A DNA stretch of 64,000 nt from Yuukianura sp. NJ FZ-2021 (taxonomy: Eukaryota). Position numbers and translations under genes: made by a program. Where the stretch lies: assembly GCA_046563655.1 (NCBI GenBank), contig JAJCTO010000014.1, positions 248,001 to 312,000 of the forward strand, written 5' to 3'. The notes beneath the pieces are model-generated. The model ran no database searches. It had not been told where the DNA came from and saw only the letters and a list, made by a program, of their open reading frames with translations. Shown piece by piece: positions 1 to 8,072 of the stretch (positions within the stretch are counted from its first letter, which is position 1; each line of letters starts with the position of its first letter).

Positions 1-2
1 AA

Positions 3-275
3 GATTACGATGAAACTCGGTTCAAGAAATCCGCAATGAAGGGCATACCGCAGAGAGTTCAAAAAATGTCCATATCATTTGAAATGCTTGAGAAGGTTTT
101 ATTCAAGCAAAAAATTCTATCATGTACTCTACGCTCAATGCGCTCGTACAAGCACAAGATCTACAATATCAAGACAACAAAAGCTGCCTTGCATGCATTT
201 GATTCCAAGCGATACATTTTAAACGACGGTATTACAACCCTACCGTACGGTCATTATTTGATTAATAAAAACTGA
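3..275 (+). CDS. Protein-primed family B DNA polymerase, C-terminal end (Polinton-1)
   Basis: KGIP...IYNIKTTKAALHAFDSKRYILNDGITTLPYGHY matches the typical Polinton pPolB C-terminus (KGI...DDKR...TLPYGH). Frame is open from the window edge. AATAAA at the stop. Confidence 0.9.
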   Translation, partial: DYDETRFKKSAMKGIPQRVQKMSISFEMLEKVLFKQKILSCTLRSMRSYKHKIYNIKTTKAALHAFDSKRYILNDGITTLPYGHYLINKN

Positions 276-339
276 ATGTTCTATTTTCTGTATATTACAT
301 CCGTTTTTTATAAGCCAAACTATTTATTTGCAGCATATT

Positions 340-1042
340 TTAAACGAAAACCTTAATTATAAGTGTTATTGGGGAACGGCATATTGGGCATAGTGATTGA
401 GTTGTACAGCATTCCAGACATGTAGCCATATGACAGCACGGAGCGTACATGTAGGAGACTTGGCGCGTCATACAAATCTTGCATCTCAGAATCGACTTGA
501 GATTATCCAATTCTATGGAAAAGAAAATATATAAAAAATGGTACAGTACAATGCATAAGTTATGTTCAATTGCTTCACTTTTTTTCTACCTGTTTCGATA
601 CTTCCTCCGGACTCCATGTCACAAAGATCCTTGGTTGCCGAAACCTGTATTTTGCAAAATGCACGCTGTTAAAGAAGTGTTTAGTCTGATAATTTTGCTT
701 CCAATCATTTTCGCTTACATTCGTAACTGGGTGCTGTAGGATTAAATAGGCGCAGTTTGGAGCATGAATACGGTGTTCCAACCAAGGTGAATCGTGTTGA
801 CTCCAAGAAGTCAGACATAACCCACAGTAGAAACAAATTACAGCGTCCTCAAACTCGGTAAAAAAGAATCCAGCCTTTGCCAGATTTGCAACAGGAGGGA
901 AGCAATCCTTAACAGACGAATCGAAGCTCGATAACCTGCTTTCAATTGTTGCGTACTGTTCGAAGTCCGGACCTTTATTTGTTAATACTACCAGAGGCAT
1001 GTTGATCACCTCTACGTTGGTCGGTATTTCACTTTCTGACAT
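340..1042 (-). CDS. Inhibitor of apoptosis (one BIR + C-terminal RING), 3 exons: 1042-719, 665-590, 512-340 (~190 aa)
   Basis: BIR: RLSSF...LAKAGFFF...DAVICFYC...W...DSPWLEHRIHAPNC. GT-AG introns 718-666 (53 bp) and 589-513 (77 bp) join it in frame to CKICMTRQVSYMYAPCCHMATCLECCTTQSLCPICRSPI (C3HC4 RING), which the ORF track misses. Confidence 0.9.
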
Positions 1043-1073
1043 TGTTGTAGTATTAACTCCAAAAATCTACTGA

Positions 1074-1937
1074 TTAGAAAATGCTCCAAGCAGATTTCGC
1101 AACTGGGGTTTGATAATGCTCATCAGATGTATCCCCGGTCGCCGAAGCATCCGTTTCGCCTTCCATGCCATCCCTCTCCTCCTCCTCCTCCTCTTCAACG
1201 CTTTCTTCATCCTCCTCCTCTTCCTCCTCTTCGCCTTCTTCTAGCGGTTGGTTAACCATTGGAGTATTTTGGGCCAGTAGTGTTACCGTACTCAAATTTA
1301 GCTTGTTTCTAATATGAATTCCGAGCAACTCCTTTGGTATATTAACCTTTTTTAAAATGTAAATAAATGTTCGAACTCCTTTTGGTGGAGTGACCTTCGC
1401 CGGAGGCTTGAGAACGTATGCCAGCAATTCAATAATGTTTGCACCATTCCTGGGTACGCCTTTAAATGAAACTTGACCCGATTCATCCCAGGATATGTCA
1501 TTAAAAGCAGATGTAGAAAGGACTTGCATTATTTTCATGGCAGGTAGCTGGTACTTTTTTGGAAGAAACTTAGCTAGATGATTGTTGTACAAAGCCTGGT
1601 CGACGGTCGTTCCTGCATCGCGTTTTATATTTTCTTCGGGGTCCGTCTTTGTACTTTTGGGTGTCGTAGGAAGCTTTCCCGGTTTATAAACTTCAACCTG
1701 AAGTGGAGTGTTCATTAGAGCCGAAAAATTTGCGTGCAGTCCCTTCACCATACTATTGAATAAGGCTAATTTGATGTCATCGGAAATAGAATTCCATTTT
1801 GGAATATTTGTTGCTGCTGCTTGCTTCCTTTGGAATAGTTGAACTGATGCAGACTTATGTAAAAGTTGAGGAGCTCGTTGGATGGCAATAAGCTTTTCGT
1901 ACTCCAGATGCGGTATCAATTTCATTTTTTTGGACAT
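1074..1937 (-). CDS. Polinton-associated hypothetical protein with acidic C-terminal tract
   Basis: 287-aa ORF translationally coupled (TAATG) to the neighbouring gene. ISWDESGQVSFKGVPRNGANIIELL resembles a motif recurrent in Polinton accessory ORFs. Poly-Glu tract. Confidence 0.7.
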   Translation of the reverse strand: MSKKMKLIPHLEYEKLIAIQRAPQLLHKSASVQLFQRKQAAATNIPKWNSISDDIKLALFNSMVKGLHANFSALMNTPLQVEVYKPGKLPTTPKSTKTDPEENIKRDAGTTVDQALYNNHLAKFLPKKYQLPAMKIMQVLSTSAFNDISWDESGQVSFKGVPRNGANIIELLAYVLKPPAKVTPPKGVRTFIYILKKVNIPKELLGIHIRNKLNLSTVTLLAQNTPMVNQPLEEGEEEEEEEDEESVEEEEEEERDGMEGETDASATGDTSDEHYQTPVAKSAWSIF

Positions 1938-2284
1938 TATAAACCCACAAGGTGAGTTAATGCGTTAGCTGCAAGACCGCCAAGTATCGACAAAGCTGGT
2001 GTCACCAACAATGGAAGAAATCCACCTTTTTGTATTAAGAATTCCTTCTTCTTTTTAATAGAGAACTTCTTTGCAAGATTTCTGATACAACGCCTGTGCC
2101 GTTTGAGTTTATGTTTGTGTTGTTTAGTTAATGGCACATTACCTATTAACGTGTTTAGAGCAATTTCGGACAATGCTTCAATGTTGTCTTTTGAAGCCTT
2201 CTTTATTAACTTTTTTCGGCGCGGAGCTTTACACTTTTTAACCTCTTCGAGGAAGGTTTTGTTTCGAACTAAACGGTTTGTCAT
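1937..2284 (-). CDS. Small basic Polinton protein (PW-like) with C-terminal amphipathic peptide after a QKGG motif
   Basis: ALSEIALNTLIGNVPL, then K/R-rich segment, then QKGGFLPLLVTPALSILGGLAANAL. Typical small conserved Polinton ORF next to the ATPase. Confidence 0.8.
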   Translation of the reverse strand: MTNRLVRNKTFLEEVKKCKAPRRKKLIKKASKDNIEALSEIALNTLIGNVPLTKQHKHKLKRHRRCIRNLAKKFSIKKKKEFLIQKGGFLPLLVTPALSILGGLAANALTHLVGL

Positions 2285-2298
2285 TGTAAAAGAAACAC

Positions 2299-3026
2299 TT
2301 AACTTGGTAAGTAAATAATATGTTCTTCCTTTGGAAGGATTCCTGACTGTATTCGTAAATTATCGTGGCAACTAGGGTGCAGATTTAGGAACAAGTATGA
2401 ATAAGGCTGTCGAGTTGCCTCCTCGTAAGCGTTTAAAATTGCACTTGGCTTCCTTGGATTGAGTTGTCTACTGAGGTACATCACTTGTGATGGAAATGAG
2501 GGGGTCTTGCAAATCGTCATGTAATGTGTATTGAGACGAATATCCCTGGCATATTTTCCTTGCGGCAGCAAATTTTGAGAAAGGAAGATGACGGATATTG
2601 ACCTGGAATTCAAAAACGTTTTGTCAATTCTATGCAAATTTATCGTGGTAGTGCATTTGCAAAGTGATTTTTGCCTTACCTATGATGAACACCGCAAGTG
2701 AAAAGTTCTTGAACAGATTTGTCTTTCAATGAATCTGCCATTTGGTCATCGATGACTAGCAATGTATTATTGGCGTAGACTTCGTCCAATTTTACTCCCT
2801 CCATGCATCTAACTCTCGGGTCCATTGACTTCATGACGTCATAGCCGCTTTGATATACCTTATAGAATACAATTACGTCATCGATTCTAGGTGACACCAT
2901 CATGTCGAGGTTTTGAATAATCTTGCAAACAAATGTTGTTTTTCCAGACATTGTGCCGCCCGCTACAATAAATGTGAATGGATGTTTGAGTTGAATTTGA
3001 TCGAAATCGTACGTATGGTTCTCCAT
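2299..3026 (-). CDS. FtsK/A32-like genome packaging ATPase, 2 exons (3026-2680, 2602-2299)
   Basis: Walker A GGTMSGKT, Walker B LLVIDDQM. A 77-bp GTAAGG...TTCCAG intron (2679-2603) restores FTCGVHHR/SISVIFLSQNLLPQGKYARDIRLN, the conserved Polinton ATPase motif. Confidence 0.93.
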
Positions 3027-3772
3027 TAGGTTGATATCTTCTTAAAATGTAGAGTTAAAGTCACTTGACCTTTGTCAATTGGTAACTCCTCCCCAAACTC
3101 GTCGCACAGTACAATAGAAATGATGTCAAACTCGCTCCTTGAAATCGGTAGATAAAACGGATGAGCAAAAGTTTGAGTGACTGCTTGTCCTTCGTTTCCA
3201 ATTATGTTCACCATACGAAGCAGAGGCACAAGGGAAGATCCAACGACTTGAGACTCTATTATGTCACAGTATAGAAATATGTGATATCGCCCACCGAGTA
3301 TATCCGGTGGAGAATCGGCGATGAAGTAAGTATTTTGCTGATTCGAATTAAATTCAAGCGTACCATTAAATCCCAAAATGTAGGAGAGTTTCTCACTTAT
3401 TTCGATACTAAATCCGGCTTCTACTTCCAGGCTAACACGACACTTTGTTTCGTAGTATTTCAGGTTGGAAGGGACGCTGTGCTTTATAAAAGATGCGTTG
3501 ACCATGTGAACCAAATGCTCAACGGTACTGTAATGAAGTAAAGGAAGCTCTATTTTCCCGGCAGTCTTCGCCCCATTATACTCAATGAGGTTGTCTTTCT
3601 CAGCTCCGGTTAGAGTTTTTATAGAGCACACATAAGTTAACTCAGCAAGTCCAACCTCGTAACAGGACGGTTCAAGTTTGATTTTGGATGGAAGTTTAAT
3701 CCTGTAGTTACTAGTTCGGTTGTCCGAAAAATAGCGTGAGCCGTTCGACGGTAATGTAATATAGAATCCCAT
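3026..3772 (-). CDS. Minor capsid/penton-like protein (PZ)
   Basis: MGFYITLPSNGS...DNRTSNYRIKLP...YEVGLAEL at the N-terminus and FLYCDIIESQVVG...PLLRMV...YLPI...VTLTLHFK at the C-terminus, characteristic of Polinton PZ. Confidence 0.88.
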   Translation of the reverse strand: MGFYITLPSNGSRYFSDNRTSNYRIKLPSKIKLEPSCYEVGLAELTYVCSIKTLTGAEKDNLIEYNGAKTAGKIELPLLHYSTVEHLVHMVNASFIKHSVPSNLKYYETKCRVSLEVEAGFSIEISEKLSYILGFNGTLEFNSNQQNTYFIADSPPDILGGRYHIFLYCDIIESQVVGSSLVPLLRMVNIIGNEGQAVTQTFAHPFYLPISRSEFDIISIVLCDEFGEELPIDKGQVTLTLHFKKIST

Positions 3773-3773
3773 T

Positions 3774-4703
3774 TTACTCTTTTGGACTTATCTTGCTGAG
3801 GTCTTGGCTGTAATAGATCCCAGAAATTTGCTCACCGGAAAGATCCCTGACACGGTACGTCACAGGAATGGAATTGATGACTTCACAGACTTCGAAAATT
3901 TCGCTTGTAAAAGCAGGCCAATAACCTTTGCCAAATATGTGTTTCGTTTTATCAAGGCGAACGCGGTCGTACAGTTTAAGACTTGGTTTTGGTTTAGGTT
4001 TTGAATACAAGTCCTTATAAGATTCCAACCAGACGTCCATTTCATTGTATTTGTTAACGTCACATGGTGCCACTTTCGTTCGCGAATGTATTTTGCTGTT
4101 ATACGTTTTCAATAGAAAAGGCAGGGCGTCAATGTACCTCGCTTGACCAGTTTCAGTAAGATGTCTTGAAATAGCTGTGCATATTGTTCGGTTAAACCTT
4201 TCAATAACGGATGAACCAAAGTCTGAAAAGTTGTGGTACATCAATATGCCAACAGACTTCGCCCACTTTTGGAATGTAGCTGACCAAAATTCCAAACCTT
4301 GATCGCATTCTAGCGTTACGGGCTGCCCCTTTCCCGAAGAGATGATCCTCTTAAATGCTTGAATAACTTCACTAGTTTTCTTTGATTTCATGGGCACAGC
4401 AAATGCATACTTTGACAGGACATCAATTGCGGTTAAAAGACAAGAATAGCCATCGTTTTCTTCAGTATATTTTGGCAAAAAAACAATATCAGCCTGCCAT
4501 AGGTAGTTTATACCTGGTGATGTTACCCGTCTCCTGCGAAATTTGCACCTCCGACTCTTATGGCGTGTGTATGAGTCTTGAGTTTGTAAGAATTTCAATG
4601 CTTTAGATTCATAAATACCGTTTAACTTACTTAAAAGTTTCTTGCTTCCTAAATAAGTTGAACTTCCGATGTTCTTGTATGCTTTCGCAACTTGAGATTT
4701 CAT
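3774..4703 (-). CDS. Retroviral-like DDE integrase (Polinton-1), intronless
   Basis: WQADIV...LTAIDVLSKYA...LECDQGLEF...VIERFNRT...YNSKIHSRTK, ending GIYYSQDL. Likely start is the ATG at 4703 (MKSQV). Confidence 0.95.
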   Translation of the reverse strand: MKSQVAKAYKNIGSSTYLGSKKLLSKLNGIYESKALKFLQTQDSYTRHKSRRCKFRRRRVTSPGINYLWQADIVFLPKYTEENDGYSCLLTAIDVLSKYAFAVPMKSKKTSEVIQAFKRIISSGKGQPVTLECDQGLEFWSATFQKWAKSVGILMYHNFSDFGSSVIERFNRTICTAISRHLTETGQARYIDALPFLLKTYNSKIHSRTKVAPCDVNKYNEMDVWLESYKDLYSKPKPKPSLKLYDRVRLDKTKHIFGKGYWPAFTSEIFEVCEVINSIPVTYRVRDLSGEQISGIYYSQDLSKISPKE

Positions 4704-4770
4704 TTTAATAAGATTAGAATGATTGTACAATTTGGTCACATAAAACATACACACTTGTAGGAACTGAAAC

Positions 4771-5322
4771 TTACATATTTAGTAAAACTTCTAAAATCTC
4801 ACAACACTGAATAATCCTGGTTACTCCTAAGTTTTGAGAGTCACCCCTGAAGCCTGTATTGTCGTAATGTAAATTAACTGCCGCGAAGTCTCTAACGATG
4901 TTGTCGTTTATATTTAGATCAAATTCGTCAAACCTGCTTAAAATTTTTTCGAATGATTCTCCCTTGACTCTGTGTATCAAGTAGTATAGCGCGAACTGTC
5001 CACAAGCATCGCTATGCTCTGGCTGAACTCGAAGGCTGCTCATCCTTATGACGTCGGATTTTGAGTAAAGAAAATTTACAAAGCTAGGATTGTAGAAGTC
5101 TATCGGCATTGCACAGCTGTCGAAGAATTCTACTTCCCTACCTCCACGTTTTTTGAACATGCTGATCCAATGCATTCCTGGTTCCTTAGAAGTTTGGGAG
5201 TTTGCTACGACTGCGAACTGATCCGAAGTAATAGCCTTTAATTTGTCGGACGGTAGAACTGCAGTTTGGTATGATCCATTGATGCTCCTATCCAATATCT
5301 CCATGATTTCGGTGGTATTCAT
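4771..5322 (-). CDS. Adenain-like (adenovirus-type) cysteine protease
   Basis: VANSQ...PGMHW (His), EFFDS (Asp), VQPEHSDACGQFA (Gln/Cys). Confidence 0.92.
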   Translation of the reverse strand: MNTTEIMEILDRSINGSYQTAVLPSDKLKAITSDQFAVVANSQTSKEPGMHWISMFKKRGGREVEFFDSCAMPIDFYNPSFVNFLYSKSDVIRMSSLRVQPEHSDACGQFALYYLIHRVKGESFEKILSRFDEFDLNINDNIVRDFAAVNLHYDNTGFRGDSQNLGVTRIIQCCEILEVLLNM

Positions 5323-6620
5323 TGTGCCACAACTGCTTGTCGGTACTTGTCAATCTCCAAAACCCCTTGTTGCTCAGACAGTATAACACAGTGCACTGAT
5401 TTTTCTAGTGCCACGCCAAACTGAACTTCAATTTTTACGCTCCCAGATTTTTCCAAATGAAGGAGTGCTTCGTTCCCAGTGGGCTGAAGAATGTCAAATG
5501 TAAACAGGGCATTGCTCTCTTTATAGTCGTCTCGCCCAAAAGATAGTCCAACATCGTGCCCAGCAATTCCTGTGCTCGTAAATAAAAGATAGTATGCCAA
5601 AAGACATTCGTTATTAGCAAAGTCCAATGACAACGGTCTAATAGGTATAGACACATTGTTGACTGAAATCGAAATGGACTTAATGTTGTAATGGTGGAAG
5701 CGAAACGGATTTGAATTGAAGTCTCCGTTGAACGCCAAGCTATCTACAAATCCAATAATGATGCGACTCGGCACAGTATTTGCGAAAAGGTTTTCTTCGA
5801 GAGCAGATGAATTTCCTTGAGCAATGGTAAAGTATTTCACTTCAGTGGACTTAAATGGGTATTGAGCAATTTCTCCCTTTTCTAAAAGTCTCTGGTGAGC
5901 CAAGATAATGCTAGGAAATGGCAGTTGTTTTCGAATGTAGTAGGTTGCAGATAAGAACTTGATTACTCCCTCCTCACCCTTCGCCTTTGAAAAAAGGGCA
6001 AATGCATCGGAAGATCGCGTGAGACAAATGCGAACGTTCACGTCATTCAATATGTATCGATGTTGATTGGCTAGGTTAAATCTCAATTTGTCAATTAGTT
6101 CCAAGTCTTTCGATTCGTTGATGTAGCTTTTTCGTTTTTCCCATCCTAGGTTTGTCGAGTCTGCAATTCCACCAACGGTGTCTTCATAGTACAAAGCACA
6201 TCCACCCTGGGAGGTTTTGTAATCCTTTCCGTAGCAAAGCAATGTTTCTATGTACGCACGATATGAGTAGCCATTATTGCTTGTGGACACAAGTTTTTCA
6301 TTGAAATAAATGTCCAGCTGTGAGAAGAGGGCGTGCATAAATAAATTCACAGTTCCAACTGTGGAATCCTTTCCTAGGTTAGCTCCGGCCTTCTGCGTCA
6401 CTTTTAGCTTGATTCGCAGGAAACTGTCAGTCAAATCCAGATAATGGTTACTATTACCCGGAATCTTAAATTCGATTTTGTTTGAAGCGTCCTGAACGTT
6501 TACAACTGGCTGATACTCTTCGTACATACTGTAGTCACAAGTCGTATCTGTTGCAGGGATTGAAAATAGGTCGACTTCTCCACGAATAGCCGGTTTAGAT
6601 CGTGAATGCAGCAAAGACAT
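5319..6620 (-). CDS. Major capsid protein (PY, double jelly-roll), 433 aa
   Basis: EVDLFSIPAT...IEFKIPG...YLDLTDSFL...NLFMHALFSQLDIY...YSYRAYIETLL...PSRIIIGFV...AFNGDFNSNPFRF...LEIDKYR match Polinton MCP motifs. Confidence 0.93.
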   Translation of the reverse strand: MSLLHSRSKPAIRGEVDLFSIPATDTTCDYSMYEEYQPVVNVQDASNKIEFKIPGNSNHYLDLTDSFLRIKLKVTQKAGANLGKDSTVGTVNLFMHALFSQLDIYFNEKLVSTSNNGYSYRAYIETLLCYGKDYKTSQGGCALYYEDTVGGIADSTNLGWEKRKSYINESKDLELIDKLRFNLANQHRYILNDVNVRICLTRSSDAFALFSKAKGEEGVIKFLSATYYIRKQLPFPSIILAHQRLLEKGEIAQYPFKSTEVKYFTIAQGNSSALEENLFANTVPSRIIIGFVDSLAFNGDFNSNPFRFHHYNIKSISISVNNVSIPIRPLSLDFANNECLLAYYLLFTSTGIAGHDVGLSFGRDDYKESNALFTFDILQPTGNEALLHLEKSGSVKIEVQFGVALEKSVHCVILSEQQGVLEIDKYRQAVVAQ

Positions 6621-7114
6621 TATTCAAAAATATCTAATTTGGTTCTCTTCGTTTTTGTTGGATTTGGTTTCGCTTTTCGTTTTTTTGAGACTTTGGGTTT
6701 GGATTTCTTAACCTTGTTCGTAGAGACTTGCTTCCTTAGTTTCGCAGGTTTCCTCTTTGTGTACGTCCGCTTCTGTTTATTACGAACACCGTTCCCGGTT
6801 TGACTTCCCACTACTGAATTCAAAAGATCAGAGCCGACGTTCTTCAAAAAACCAATGCTGTTTTCTTTCAAAGCCTTCTTTACTGACTGGCGTCCTCCCG
6901 CAATGCCACTCATAGTTTTAACTGCAGCTTCCTTTGCGCGAGGCATAATCCATTTCATGATGATTGGCAGAGCGTACTTGGCAATCCCGCCTAAGATGGA
7001 ACCAATCCCACCCCCTCTTTGACGTACCCCGTGAAACACAGGCATTCCATGGCCAATTTGGTCCCTTAAAGTATTGTAGTAGTGTTCGTGATTAAAGACG
7101 TACCTTTGCCGCAT
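6620..7114 (-). CDS. Basic virion core-like protein (PX-like) with QxGxG motifs
   Basis: QIGHG, FHGVRQRGGGIGSILGGIAKYALP, QTGNG, K/R-rich tail ending DIFE. Overlaps the MCP start (TAATG). Confidence 0.82.
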   Translation of the reverse strand: MRQRYVFNHEHYYNTLRDQIGHGMPVFHGVRQRGGGIGSILGGIAKYALPIIMKWIMPRAKEAAVKTMSGIAGGRQSVKKALKENSIGFLKNVGSDLLNSVVGSQTGNGVRNKQKRTYTKRKPAKLRKQVSTNKVKKSKPKVSKKRKAKPNPTKTKRTKLDIFE

Positions 7115-7423
7115 TGTAGATAGATGCTTTCTATTTCACTCGCGAAAGAGAACTGAGGATGATTTCGATTTGGGAATAATACGAGAATGTATACAGCATA
7201 CTAATATGATTAATATGACTATTAAGTCTACAATACACTAACCGGAAAGGAATTCAAGCATAGCTTTTGTGATATAAACAATTTCTTATGTTAAAAACGT
7301 TTATGTTTAAAATCTTGTTTTATACCAGCCCCCTGCAATCAGCACCTAGTAGTATTCTATTTACCTTGGTTTTTAACGAACATTTTGATTATTTGCGAGT
7401 ATATATTGAATTCACTTTGAATT

Positions 7424-7505
7424 AAGCTATGGTAAGTGGATTAGCGCAAACGATAGGGTGGTGGAATCAAATCAAGGGAACCAGGGGTCGATTCCCGTTA
7501 GCAGT
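7424..7505 (+). promoter_or_regulatory. tRNA-like RNA polymerase III internal promoter (A box + B box)
   Basis: A box-like TGGTAAGTGG (7430-7439) followed by ATTAGCGC. B box GGGTCGATTCC (7485-7495, one mismatch to GGTTCGANTCC) inside a GGG-loop-CCC T-arm. GCTA...TAGC ends. TATA-like run at ~7400. Confidence 0.55.
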
Positions 7506-7517
7506 AATAAAAAAAAA

Positions 7518-7760
7518 TTAAAAAAAAGTTAGGTTCCTACTCTATTTAAACTCTTCGTATAGTCAAGCATTCTTCTCTCACGGTTGCCTCAACCTGTAGT
7601 CCTCTGCTCTTTAAGTCATTGTTCCATTTCCACCATTCTGGAGAAGGTGGAATGAGACAATGACTTAGAGAGCGGCGGACTACAAGTTGAGGCAACCGTG
7701 AGAGAAGAATGCTTGACTATACGAAGAGTTTAAATAGAGTAGGAACTTAACTTTTTTTAA
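7518..7760. repeat. Long imperfect inverted repeat (~115-bp arms, 11-nt loop)
   Basis: AAAAAAAGTTAGGTTCCTAC...TTCCACC / GGTGGAA...GTAGGAACTTAACTTTTTTT. About 7 mismatches and 1 bulge, with a ~60-bp perfect stretch. Confidence 0.95.
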
Positions 7761-8072
7761 GTTTACATGGAAAATGTTACAAAGTGCATTTTCTCCTTCA
7801 GCCAAAAGGAACAATGCAGTACAGTGTGAATCTGTCTTTTTGTCATCACACCAGAAACCACTGAACGACATGAAGTTGTATTGCATATTCTGCCGAAAAA
7901 AACACATGATGTCTTTTGTGCCATCACTCCAAGAAGACGTCGTGTCAATTCGGCGCAAAAAACAATGTGACATGAATGGCAAAAAAGCATTCTGCATTTT
8001 TTGCCATCATGTCATCAAAACTTGGGGCAACTTGAGATTTGCGGGGGCAGAAGTGGCTTACCTCCCTCATCA

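Larger units (their letters stand above)
1..8072. mobile_element. Polinton/Maverick element 1 (partial; left part outside window)
   Basis: Compact cluster of pPolB C-terminus, packaging ATPase, DDE integrase, adenain-like protease, major and minor capsid and basic core genes. Abuts the satellite at ~8073. No canonical ...CT terminus is visible, so the right boundary is approximate. Confidence 0.92.

Noticed and set aside
7424..7505. Bona fide tRNA genes (here and at 31634-31714)
   Set aside because: A/B boxes are present but there is no complete acceptor or anticodon stem; kept only as Pol III-like elements.
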